DNA of 62,820 nt, counting the filler, from Chiloscyllium plagiosum (taxonomy: Eukaryota), in the NCBI RefSeq assembly GCF_004010195.1. It is 3 parts of one record of this genome, joined end to end, with 100 filler letters (N's around TTAATTAATTAA, not from the genome) between each part and the next. Parts side by side here need not be neighbours in the genome. Positions count along the whole stretch, not along the records: positions 1 to 29,357 come from NC_057710.1; 2 more parts are not named here. One strand, given 5' to 3'. The position numbers and the translations under genes are program-made. Shown one piece after another: positions 12,800 through 24,279 of the stretch. Every line of letters starts with the position of its first letter. Within the stretch, counting starts at the first letter, position 1. The notes beneath the pieces were generated by a model, which saw only the letters and a list, made by a program, of their open reading frames with translations, was not told the origin of the DNA and did not search any database.

Positions 12800-13010
12800 T
12801 GCCTGGAGAAATGGAAACAGGAAGCGTTGGAGAACCTCAGTAGGTCTGGTCAGCATCTGTAGAGACAAATGAATGAATGTTTTGAGTCCAGTCACTTGAA
12901 AGGCTAACTCTGTTTTTCTCTCTACAGATGCTGTCCAACCTGCTGATTACTCCAGCACTTTGTTTTTAATTCAGATTTCCAGCATTGACAGTTGCTTGCT
13001 TCAATTTTGC
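12800..13010. mobile_element. Degenerate fold-back PLE repeat (family C)
   Basis: cagtaggtctggtcagcatctgtagaga is inverted to tctctacagatgctgtccaacctgctg. Confidence 0.6.
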
Positions 13011-13329
13011 TACTATGGATGCTTGTCAATGTGGTGTCAATTAAGTGGGCTGTTTTGCCCAGAATGGTGTCAAGCTTTGAGTGTTGTTAGAGCTGCACTC
13101 ATCCAGGCAAGTACATTCAGTCTAATTTTTTCTGCTATAGCAAGATAAGGACTTTGAGTGATCCAATGGAGAAGGTGAGATCCCTGGCACCTTGTCTGCC
13201 ACCTAAAATTGCAGATACGTTGGGAAGGGTGGGTATGCAGTGGGAAGACCACTACTGGATTATACATGCTCAAATGCAAAATGCCACCTGCAACTTAGGG
13301 CAAATGTATAAGCTGGACACATCTGGATA

Positions 13330-13810
13330 CTGTGATCAGTTATGGTCCCCTTAAGGAAAGCTATCCTTTTATTGGAGGCAATTTGGAGAAGGTTCGTGAT
13401 GAAGATCCCTGGTATAGAGAAATTGTCTTATGAGAAAAGGTCAAACAAGTTGGGACTCTACTCAGTACAGTTTAAAAGAATGAGTTAACTTCATTGCACA
13501 TATAGGATTCTTAAGAGGCTTCACAGCCTGAAGGCATATCCTCAGAATAAAAGGGTGCCAATTTAAAACTGAAATGAGAAGAAATTTCTTCTTTCAGAGG
13601 TTTGCAAGTCTTTGGAACTCCTTGCCATAGACTGCAATAGAGGCAGAACCCTTGTGTATATTTAAGGATGAGACAGATAGAGTTTTGATTAGAAGAAACA
13701 TGGGTTATGGGGAAAATGCAAAGTGGATATGAACACTGTCAGATCAGCCAGGATCTAATTGATTGACAAAGCAAGCTCAAGGGGCCAAAAGACGTACTCC
13801 TGTTCCTTTT
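13330..13810 (+). mobile_element. Degenerate CR1 3' end
   Basis: agaagaaatttcttctttcagagg...tggaactc; CR1 3' UTR. Confidence 0.7.
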
Positions 13811-14213
13811 TATTTATAGTCAGCAAGGATTCAATTCTGATGGATCATTCCCATGTGTTCCTGATGTGATTATGGAATATCCCTACAAATTGATTGAATC
13901 CACACTTCCCAAAAGCAAAAGGAAAATCAAAATAACAAAAAGCTTTCCTCATACCAAAATCAATCAACCATTCCTCAATTACAGAGTATCATGGTGTAGG
14001 ATGGATGACTGCACATGTGCAATTATAGATAAAATTACTGTTATTTTGGATCAGCCATTCAGTGCAGAAAAATCAATTCATTTCTCTGGCAAATATAAAG
14101 CTTCTAGTTAGCTCTGTTGTTGGTGTAATTAAATGTTAACATTACCAGAAGGATGAAAAAAATTCAAAATGCTATTGTGCTTAACTTTATTACTGAGGCC
14201 AACCATCTCAAGG

Positions 14214-14360
14214 AGAAAGTGAGGTCTGCAGATGCTGGAGATCAAAGTTGAAACTTTATTGCTGGAACAGCCGAAGAAGGGCCTGTGCCCGAAACGTCGA
14301 ATCTCCTGTTCCCTGGATGCTGCCTGACCTGCTGTGCTGTTCCAGCAATAAAGTTTCAAC
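14214..14360. mobile_element. Fold-back PLE repeat (family A) with TSD
   Basis: aaccatctcaagg at 14201-14213 and 14361-14373; gttgaaactttattgctggaacagc is inverted at the 3' end; HHR ccgaagaagggcctgtgcccgaaacgtcgaat. Confidence 0.85.
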
Positions 14361-14634
14361 AACCATCTCAAGGCCATTATTATATCACACTAATTTTTGA
14401 TGAACCAAACCTCTGAATCAGAGCATGTTATAGACCAGAAGGAAGTCGTTTAGTCCAACATGACTACTTTGGCTTGCCTCAAAATAACTCCAGTAATCTC
14501 ATATCTATATTATCAATATAACCCTGGAAGTTTTTTTTTAAGGGAAGTATCCAATTCCAATTTCAAATCACAAATTCAATTAACCCAGCCTCTCAGGAAG
14601 TGCATTCCAAATCTCCATGTCTCATTGAAACAAA

Positions 14635-15900
14635 GAAGTATATAGCATAGGAACAGGTCCTCTGGCCCACCAAGACTGTAGCAACACATGATGCCTTTCT
14701 AAAGTAAAAACCTATTGCCTCTGTGTGGTCCATATCCCTCTATTCTTTACCTATTCATATACCCAAAATGTCTCTTAAACGCTGCTATTCCATCTGCCTC
14801 CTCCACCACTTCTGGCAGCACATTCCAGGCACTTACCAAACTCTAAAAAAAAATTTGCTTCTCACATCTCCTTTAAACTTATCCCCTTTTAAATTAAACA
14901 TATGCCCCCTTGTAATTGGCATTTCTAACCCTGAGAAAAGGTTTCTGGAGTATCCATTCTTATCAAAGCCCCTTCTAATTTTGTAAACTTCTATCAGATT
15001 GCCCCCTCAGCCATCAAAGTTCAAGTGAAAACAAACCAATCTCGTCCAATCTCTCCTCATGGCAAATGCCCTCCAAACCAGGCCACATTCTGGCAAACCA
15101 ATTCTGCACCCTCTCCAAAGCCTCCACATATCCTTCTTGTAGTGTGGCGATCAGAATTGTAGACAATATTCCAAATGTGGGCAAACAAAAGTCTTATATA
15201 ACTGCAACATGACTCACCAATTTTTACACTTTATGCTCTAATCAATGAAGACTATATGCTTTCTTGACCAATTGTATTGCCACTTTCAGAGAGCTGTTGA
15301 CATGTACACCTAGATCCCTCAGTTTGTTGGTGCTAAAAAATTCTGCCATTTACTGTATACTTCCCTCCTGCAATCTATCTTCCAAATGCATGACGTTGCA
15401 TTTGTTCACCTTAGCTATGTTCTGCTGTACCCTCTGGCAATCTTCCTCTTTATCCACAGGTGCCTAATCCTTGTGGCGTCAACAAATTTACTAATCAGGC
15501 CACTTACATTCTCCTCCATATCATTTACATGTAAATATTACAAACAGGGTTCCCAGCATTGATCCTTCCAGAACACCACTGGTAACAGATTTCCCGTCAG
15601 TAAAAACACCCTCCCATTGCTATTCTTTGTCTTCTATTTCCAAGCCAGTTCTGGATTCTTCACATCAATTCAAGTTTGGGACATGACCTACCCGGTAAAA
15701 AGCCATGCTGCTGATCACTATTAAGTCCATAGTTTTACAAATGTGAGTAAATCCTATCCCCAGAGATCTTCTCCAATCATTTTCCTACTACTGATTTAAG
15801 GCTCATCAGCCTGTAATTTTCTGGATTATCCTTGTTGCCCTTCTTAAATAAAGGAACAACGCTGGCCGTTCTCCAGGCCTCTGGGACCTCTACAATGACT
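14635..15900 (-). mobile_element. Degenerate CR1 ORF2 fragment
   Basis: Co-linear similarity to the CR1 copies at 16200-17290 and 24280-25620. Confidence 0.8.
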
Positions 15901-16106
15901 TAAGATGATAATTCCTAATTTCTTGTTTGAGTTCTTTCCTGCTGTCTTTGTATTCTTCAAGTATTGAAGATATTCTTCAACACTTTTCTCAACATCAAGT
16001 AACATCTGCACTACTTAACGACTATGTGTATACCTGAGACAGAGGCATAGCAAAAAACCAAAAGCACATTCTCACTTCTTTGGGAAGGCAGCCAACGTAA
16101 TCAAGA

Positions 16107-16200
16107 CTAGATTAGAGTGGTGCTGAAAAAGCACAGCAGGTCAGGCAGCATCAGAGAAGCAGGAAAATTGACGTTTTGGGCATAAGCCTTTCATCAGGAA
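16107..16200 (-). mobile_element. PLE repeat (family A) fragment
   Basis: gattagagtggtgctgaaaaagcacagcaggtcaggcagcatc...ttttgggcataagcctttcatcagg. Confidence 0.8.
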
Positions 16201-17290
16201 TAGATAGAACATAGAAGAATACAGCGCAGTACAGGCCCTTTGGCCCTCGATGTTGCGCCGATCCAAGCCCACCTAACCTATACTAACCCACTATCCTCCA
16301 TATACCTATCCAATGCCCGCTTAAATGCCCATAAAGAGGGAGAGTCCACCACTGCTACTGGCAGGGCATTCCATGAACTTACGACTCGCTGAGTGAAGAA
16401 CCTACCCCTAACTTCAGTCCTATATCAACCCCCGCTTAATTTAAAGCTATGCCCCCTTGTAATACCCGACTCCATACGCGGGAAAAGGTTCACACTGTCA
16501 ACCCTATCTAACCCCCTAATCATCTTGTACACCTCAATCAAGTCACCCCTAAACCTTCTTTTCTCTAATGAAAACAGCCCCAAGTGTCTCAGTCTTTCCT
16601 CATACGATCTTCCTTCCATACCAGGCAACATCCTGGTAAACCTCCTCTGCACCCGTTCCAGTGCCTCCACATCCTTCCTATAGTATGGCGACAAAAACTG
16701 CACACAATACTCCAGATGCAGCCGCACCAGAGTCTTATACAACTGCAACATGACCCCAGGACTCCGGAACTCAATCCCTCTACCAATAAAAGCCAGTACG
16801 CCATATGCCTTCCTCACCGCACTATTTACCTGAGTGGCAACTTTCAAAGATTTGTGTACATGGACACCAAGATCCCTCTGCTCATCCACACTACCAAGTA
16901 TCCGACCATTAGCCCAGTACCCCATCTTTTTGTTATTCTTCCCAAAGTGAATCACCTCACACTTAGCTACATTGAACTACATTTGCCACCTTTCTGCCCA
17001 GTTCTAAAGCTTATCTATATCCCGCTGTAACCTGCCACATCCTTCCTCACTGTCAACAACTCCTCAGACTTTCGTATCATCCGCAAACTTGCTCACCCAA
17101 CCTTCTAACCCCTCTTCCAGGTCATTTATAAAAATGACAAACAGCAATGGTCCCAAAACAGATCCTTGCGGAACACCGCTAGTGACGGCACTCCAAGATG
17201 AACATTTGCCATCAACTACTACCCTCTGTCTTCTTCCATCCAGCCAATTCCTAATCCAAACCTCCAACTCACCCTCAATGCCATACCTCC
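16201..17290 (-). mobile_element. CR1 LINE ORF2 RT and 3' end
   Basis: [53 protein letters not shown]. Confidence 0.95.
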
Positions 17291-17599
17291 AATGGGGACA
17301 TTGTAAGGTTTGTTCTGTGAGTATGACTGTGTCAGGCTGTTACTTGACTAGTCTCTGAGACAGCTTTCCTAAATTTTACTCCCCATTTGTAAGGAGGACT
17401 TTGCAATGTGAACAAGGCTGGGTCTGCTGTTGTCATTTCCGGTGCTTAGGTCAGTGCCAGTCGGTTCGTGTTTTAAATTCCACCTTTCCATCCCAGCTGA
17501 ACAAGAATCTACCCACCTTTCCCTTAAAAGTATTTAATGACCCTGTTTTAAATGTCAAAAAAGTTGATGGGGATCAGCCCTTACTCCAGTGAGTTCCCC

Positions 17600-17726
17600 A
17601 GGAGAAAGTGAAGACTGATGATGCTGGAGATCAGAGTCAAGAGTGTGGCGTTGGAAAAGCACAGGTCAGGCAGCATCCGAGGAGTGGGAGAATTGACATT
17701 TCGGGCATAAGCCCTTCATCAGGATT
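17600..17726 (-). mobile_element. PLE repeat (family A) fragment
   Basis: ggagaaagtgaagactg...tttcgggcataagcccttcatcagg. Confidence 0.8.
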
Positions 17727-18189
17727 CCCAGCCACATGCCAAGCAGCACTCTAGGAATGTAACATTCTGTCCTCTGTGCCCTTTGAGATTCTGCCTGACA
17801 TTTCCCTCACTTCTGGAAGAAACAGCAGCATTTCCATGTCATCCATATTGGCCTGATTCATCTTCTCTCCTTTAAAACAGAACTCCACTACCACCAGTAC
17901 CTTCATTTTCAGATAGTATTCCTTACAGCTCCATGTTTTAACTCATTATTCTTTCATGAGACTTATGTGATGTTGAGATCTGAACGTTTATCTGAGAATG
18001 TAAAAAGTTCATCTTGCTGACGTAGGACTGCTTTCTGGTGTCTCACGTCTGTTTCTAGTTGGTAATTGGCAAAAGATGGCACAATTACTTTTTAAAATGA
18101 ACCACAATTTGAACTACACTTAAGTCATTGCAAGTCAGAAGTTTTCACACATTCGAGATTTCCAAATTATACTGTTTTTATTTTGTTAA

Positions 18190-19330
18190 ATGGACAGCCT
18201 ATCAACTGATTTCTTTGCTGGAGTAATTATTGCAGACCTGGTCCCTGGGGTCACTTTCACTAAAGTACAGTCAACAACAGAAATATTGGCATTTGGCACA
18301 GGCACACTTTGCCAGTTCAGTCAAAAGAAGACTGAGGGTATGGCCTTATATCAGATAATCACAATCACAGCTGTTAAAAACATCAGCTAAATGACAGTAA
18401 TGTCATGGATCCATCACCTGTTAGTTCTATCTATTTGGAGAAAGTGAGGACTGCAGATGCTGGAGATCAGAGCTGAAAAATGTGTTGCTGGAAAAGCGCA
18501 GCAGGTCAGGCAGCATCCAAGGAGCAGGAGAATCGACGTTTTGGGCATGAGCCTGAAGAAGGGCTCATGCTCCTATGGTCAGACTATGGTGTTTATTCAA
18601 CAGTATGCTTTCATTGTCACCTGAGGGTGTATATATAGTTCTCCTGTCTATAGCAGTCATGCTGATGTCAATGGGATTAGTCCTCTCTCGGTGTTTGATG
18701 ACAGACTGTTACTTGATCATAGACAGAGTATGAAAACAGGAAGTAGCCAAGCCTCTGAAGGAAGCAATCACTTTTGCCATTGCTTATGAGATTCTCTCCA
18801 CTGGCCTGTGTTGATTATGCTTCTTTGGAACTAACCAACTCTCAGAATCAAGTGAAGCCTACATTTTGCAGGTAGGAGGCTGTGCAGAAACCTCAACAAA
18901 CAATAAATCTCATGGAATAAAATCTAAACTTGGAAAACTCTATTTCAACAAATGACAACAAGAAGGTCAAAACTAATTGACTTTATCAAAATAACCATCA
19001 TAATTATTATGTTATTGGTGATCACCTCGTAACTAACTTCAGTGAAAATAATCAGCGATATGTCTTCATAATTTGTAGCTGCAGGTTCAGTGCTGGTGAC
19101 TGTTTAGATCATCTTTGTACGTATGATACATAATCAATTTCTCAGATCAGAATAAAAGATCCTACGGTATCATGGCATCTTTTGAAGAACTAACCTCTGC
19201 TGAACCATGTCACCAGTCTGTAAAGGAGATTGGTCAAGTATATGTAACATGACCATCTGGAGAAGCAGATTAATGGCCATCTATTTTTGTGGATACTTTT
19301 GTGAATTATCTTCATTATGAAGACTTAGTG
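18190..19330 (+). pseudogene. Probable degenerate KDZ (Kyakuja-Dileera-Zisupton/HMGXB3-like) transposase
   Basis: Co-linear motifs across frameshifts: YGVYSTVCFHCHL, SVFDDRLLL, AYEILST..PVLIM, HGIKSKLGKL (SAP-like), DHLCTYD..IKDP, GHLFLW. Confidence 0.45.
18437..18571 (-). mobile_element. PLE repeat (family A) with a short inversion at the HHR, inserted in the KDZ-like relic
   Basis: ggagaaagtgaggactgcagatgctgg...gcatgagc ctgaagaagg gctcatgc. Confidence 0.8.
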
Positions 19331-19353
19331 GAGTTCCAACCCTCAGGAATGGA

Positions 19354-19887
19354 TTAGCAAGAAATTGGTGCCATGTTCCTAACCTCCCTACACTCTAGGT
19401 CCTGCACCCTAAAGCTACAGTCTGGGTTCCCATGCCCCTGCAGAGTTAGTTTAAACCCCCCCCCAAAAGCACTGGCAAACCTCCCTCCAAGGATACTGGT
19501 ACCCCTCAGGTTCAGGTGTAGATTATCTTGTTTATAGAGGTCCCACCGTCCCCAGAAAGAACCCCAGTTATCCAAAAACCGGAATCCCTCCCTCCTGCAC
19601 CATCCCTTTAGCCACGCATTTAAGTGTTCTCTTTCCCTATTCCTCGACTCTCTATCACGTGGCACGGGTAACAAACCAGAGACAACAACTCTGTTCGTTC
19701 TAACTCTGAGCTTCCAACCTAGCTCCCTGAAAGCCTGTCTAACATCCTCGGCACTCCTCCTACCTATGTCGTTGGTGCCAATATGGACCACGACTTCGGG
19801 CTGCTCCCCCTCCCCCTCCAGGACCCGGAAAACACGATCAGAGACATCACGTACCCTTGCACCTGGGAGGCAACATACCAAACGTGA
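19354..19887 (-). mobile_element. CR1 LINE ORF1 SGNH esterase domain
   Basis: VCCLPGARVRDV..VVVHIGTNDIG..SGLLPVPR..NAWLKGWCRREGFRFLDNW..DNLHLN (GxND and DxxH blocks). Confidence 0.9.
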
Positions 19888-19904
19888 GTCTCTCTCTCTC
19901 TCTC

Positions 19905-20031
19905 GATGAAGGGCTTTTGCCCAAAATGTCGATGTTCCTGCTCCTCGGATGCTGCCTGACCTGCTGTGCTTTTCCAGCACCACTCTAATCTAGACTCTGG
20001 TTTCCAGCATCTGCAGTCCTTGTTTTTACCT
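19905..20031 (+). mobile_element. PLE repeat (family A)
   Basis: gatgaagggcttttgcccaaaatgtcg...ccagcatctgcagtccttgtttttacc. Confidence 0.8.
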
Positions 20032-20335
20032 AACATAATCAAAGACCTCTTCCACCCTGGTTATAATCTCTCCTGTTGGGCAGAAGATACAAAAGCGTAA
20101 ACACATACCAACAGGTTCAAGAACAACTTCTCCCTTGCTGTTATCAGACTTTTAAATTTTAAACGTAAACGCTGATCTAGCTCTGTGTGCACTTTCTCTG
20201 CAACTGTAACATTGTATTCTTTGCTCTGGTTTATTACCCTAATGCAGGTATGAGATGATCTGCCTGTTCTGCATGCAAAACTTTTCACTGTACAGTACCG
20301 AGGTACCTGTGACAATAAGAAATCAAATCAAATCA
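20032..20335 (+). mobile_element. Rex1/Babar-type LINE 3' fragment
   Basis: Translates to HPG...GRRYKS...TNRFKNNFSLAVIRLLN-like C-terminus; (aaatc)n tail. Confidence 0.65.
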
Positions 20336-21059
20336 GGATATCAACAAGTTAAAAACATGTAAGCAATCTCAGATTTTTTCAAGAGTGCAACAAATCAAGG
20401 GTGCACAAATGCTTATTTTCAAGCATATTTTGCAGTGTGAGACAGCCATTCCTCAGTAATTTCACAGGTCAATGTCTTGACAGAGTCAACCTGTCTGGTT
20501 TAAAATTTCACTATTGTGTGGCAGTTAACAATCCATTATTTAACATAATGCATTCTCTTTAGTAATAGATTTTCCAATCACAGTCCACTTGCCATCCAAT
20601 CAATACACTCCTCTCATACAGTATAAAATGTATTTTTTCTCTTTACATTGGCAATTGTTTAACATTGCTGAGATGAGTGAAAGACAAAAAGATCTGACAA
20701 AATGCGTAAATTTCAGCGATACTTTGCGTGCACATATGTTGGTATGTACGTGTTTGTCCATGCACGTCTGAATGCGTGAGTGTGTGTTCATGTATGCGCA
20801 CATCCAGTGATGGATCCACATTTTATGGCCACACATCTATTAACTTCAAACTTAGTTTAGAGTCTACTACATTACCCCTTAGTTTGACTCCAACTAGTAC
20901 ATATTTAGTATTTCAATGCTATCTGATTTTCCTAACCCATTGTGAACATTGATCATCTTCCCCAATACTGCATCCTGGTTCCCATTCTCATTAAGTAAGG
21001 TTAAGCCTCTGTTTTAAAAAAAAACACTTGGCCACAACATTTTCCCTAGCTCTGAGGAA

Positions 21060-21400
21060 ATGTTAGCTATCGAACATGTACAAGTCTGACCTTCGACAAA
21101 CCCAGTCCAATCTCCCAAAATCTTTCGGCCTCCCTCTTGCATCATCTATCCAGCCAGACCTTAATTTACTTTGTACTGTGATTTCTATACTCACTGGTAC
21201 TTGCCATTGAAACCAACACCTTCCTTCTAATCTTAGTCTAAAAATCTCCGTGCAATACCTCATCCTTCTTTCTACCTTTGTCATTGTACCAATATGGATC
21301 ATGAATCTTGGCACTTACACCATTCCCTCTCAGGCAGCTCCGCAATGATGCACTGATATCATCGACTTTGGCACCAAGGGGGTAACAATCTCATCAGCTT
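21060..21400 (-). mobile_element. Degenerate CR1 ORF1 esterase fragment
   Basis: IHIGT motif in ORF 21063..21314; similar to 19354-19887. Confidence 0.55.
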
Positions 21401-21560
21401 CCCTAAATGCCATTCCCTATTGCTTTACCAATTTTGACTATGGCTACACTTCCCACATGAACCATCATTGTCACCAATATTCAAAACTTTGGTTGAAAAG
21501 CAAATACATTCACTGCATGTCTTAAAAGTCCTTCTCTATCTGCACAACACATGTTGAAAT

Positions 21561-21783
21561 GTAAAGAGAGAAAATGCTGTAAAATCTCAGCAGGTCTGGC
21601 AGCATCTGTAAGTAGAGAAAAGAGCTGACGTTTCAAGTCTAACTGAAAGCTTTGACAAAGGGTCAGTTAGACTCGAAACGTCAGCTCTTTTCTCTACTTA
21701 CAGATGCTACCAGACCTGCTGAGATTTTCCAGCATTTTCTCTTTTGGTTTCAGATTCCAGCATCCACAGTAATTTGCTTTTAT
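21561..21783. mobile_element. Fold-back PLE repeat (family C) with 12-bp TSD and HHR-like centre
   Basis: TSD acatgttgaaat at 21549-21560 and 21784-21795; about 80-bp near-perfect inverted arms. Confidence 0.85.
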
Positions 21784-22059
21784 ACATGTTGAAATATGCT
21801 ATCTGCATAGTTCTCAACTTTGTAGACATAGGTCAGTGACTACAGCTCTCTGTTAAAGCTCCAAAATACTAAGCTTAAGCTGTCTCAGTTGACACTAGAT
21901 CCTGCCCATGTTGTCCAGGACACAAAATGCACCCAGGAATGTACAGGGTATTCTAAGGAATAATACTTTCTTGCACCACCTACAATAAATTTTGGGCACA
22001 ACATGAACTTTTCTTCTGTTGGCTCCATGCCCATTTCTTTGGGTAAAGGTCCTCTCCCA

Positions 22060-22935
22060 ATCACAAAGTCCACTTCACCCACCTCAAATACTCTCCTTCC
22101 ACCTGGACACCTCGCTCCGGCTTTTTACCTGCACTCAGCCTGTTCATTGAAAAGTGTTGACATGACATCAGTCATCTTAGTTTCTCTGCCCCTTCACATT
22201 CAAGCATATCTCCCTCTAAACTAAGTGCTCTCAGCTCCAATCCTGAATTTGTCATCAAACCTGCCTATGAGGGTGGTGTTGTTGTCTAGCATACTGACCT
22301 CTGCATTGGGGAAGCTAAGCACTAGCTCTTGGACACCTCCTCCTATCTCCCTCTGGACCGTCACCTCACCATTGAGCATCAGGCCATTGTGTCCACGATT
22401 GTCACCTACATCATCTCACCTAGGGATGCCCTGACAGACTTCCATTTTATAGTCCCTCAACTACATACAGCTGCTTCTATTTTCTCCCAAAAATCCACAA
22501 ATAGGTCTGCTCACACAGACCCATCATTTCTGCCTATTCCTGACCCAAAGGACTAATTTTGTCTACCTTGACTCAATTTTTCTTCCCTTGTCCAGTCCCA
22601 TACCACTTGCATCCACAACTCCTCTGATATCAATTTCAAAATTTCCAGTTCACAGTTAGCAGTCACCTCCTGTTCACCATGCATGCGCAATCCCTTTACA
22701 CATCTATCTCCCATCAAAATGGTCTCAGGGTCCTCCATTTCTTCCTGAAAAGCCGTCCAGAATCATACCCATCCACCACCACCATCCTCCTCCACCTGGC
22801 CGAGCTCATTTCACTTTAAAAAATGCTGCCTTTAACTCCTCTCACTTTCATCAGGGTACCCGCATGGACCCTATTACATCTGTCTCTTTGTACAGTACAT
22901 GGAGCATTCCTTGTCCCAATCTTACTCGGGTCTCT
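22060..22935 (+). mobile_element. Degenerate Penelope-like RT fragment
   Basis: gtcatcaaacctgcctatgagggtggt (IKPADKGG-like), ccaaaaatccacaa (PKIHK), caatccctttacacatctatc (SLYTSI), DTSSYLPLD. Confidence 0.75.
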
Positions 22936-22949
22936 CTGAACTCAGTCCA

Positions 22950-23310
22950 CAGTGTCACCAACTTACATATGGAGAGTCCTTGACACTGATCCAGCTTCCT
23001 CAGAGCTAGCTCTCAGAGTGAAGAGGATGTTAATCAGGGGTCTGTGATTGGACCAAATTAATAGTCCCAACCAGAGAACTCATATTCTATGAGGTTCACC
23101 TGGCTAATCTCGCTACAATCACTACATCCCACCCAGAGTCCAAAGGAGGCCAGTTCTTCTTTTTTGTAAATCCTCCTGCGTTGTTTGGGGCTGTCCTGAC
23201 ATGTTGAATACCATTCGACTTTTAAGAAATATTCAAACTCCCTGTTGTAAATGATGGTCCGTCATCTGTGACCAACACTTTCTGGAGTTTGTGTATTGCA
23301 AAAGATGCAT
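22950..23310 (-). mobile_element. Gypsy integrase fragment, polypurine tract and 3' LTR
   Basis: FAIHKLQKVLVTDDGPSFT..NGIQHVRTAP; gggtggga then LTR start tgtagtgattg; LTR matches 60628-60848. Confidence 0.7.
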
Positions 23311-23925
23311 GAGAGAAAAGTTTTTTGTTTACAGAGGGTGGTAGGTGCCTGGAACATGCTGCCAGGGAGGTGATAGACACAGATAGGATCTCAACATTCA
23401 AAAGTAATTTAGACAGACAAATGAACGGGTAAGGAACAGAGGGATACAGTCTATGTGCAGGCAGATGGGATTCGTTTAGAATGACATCATGGTCATGGAC
23501 ATAGTCAGCCAAAGGGCTTATTCTGTGCTATACTGTTGCATGTAATGAGCTTGAGAAACATAACAGTTACGATTGAATGGCAGAGCAGACACAACGAGCC
23601 AAATTTATTAAGGCAGTTCAGAGAAGGTTTACTGGACTAATACCTGGTTTGGGTGTGTTATCTCATGAGGAAAAGTTGGTAGGCCAGGCTTGTATCTGCT
23701 GCAGTTTAGAAGAATGAACAATGCCTTAACTGAAACATAAAAGTTCTTTAGGATTCTTGATAGGGTAAATGTGAGATGCTGTAACCTGTTATGGAAGAAT
23801 CTAGAACCACAGATTACAATCTAAGAGTCAGGGGTCACCATTTAAAACAGAGATGAAGTGAATTTGTTTTCCTCTCAAAGGAACCCAAGTCTTTGCATCT
23901 CTCTTCCCAGAAGGTTAATGGAAGT
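23310..23925 (+). mobile_element. Two degenerate CR1 3' fragments
   Basis: tttacagagggtggtaggtgcctggaac; gttcagagaaggtttactggactaatacctgg. Confidence 0.7.
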
Positions 23926-23966
23926 AGAACAAACAACAGTACAGCACAGGTGGCCCTTCAGCCCAA

Positions 23967-24279
23967 GATTAGATTACTTAGAGCGAAAACAGGCCCTTCA
24001 GCCCAACAAGTCCACACCGATCCTCCAAAGAGCAACCCACCCAGACCCATTCCCCTACATTTACCCCTTTACCTAACACTACGGGCAATTTAGCATGGCC
24101 AATTAACCTAATGTGCTCATTTTTGGACTGTGGGAAGAAACCAGAGCACCGGAGGAAACCAACACAGACACGGGGAGAATGTGTAAACTTCACACAGACA
24201 GTTGCCCAAGGTGGGAATTGAACCCGGGTCTCTGGCGCTGTGAGGCAGCAGTGCTAACCACTGTGCCACCGTGCCACCC
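23967..24279 (-). mobile_element. HE1-type V-SINE, full length
   Basis: Reverse complement gggtggcacggtggcacagtggttagcactgctgcctcacagcgccagagacccgggttcaattccc. Confidence 0.92.
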
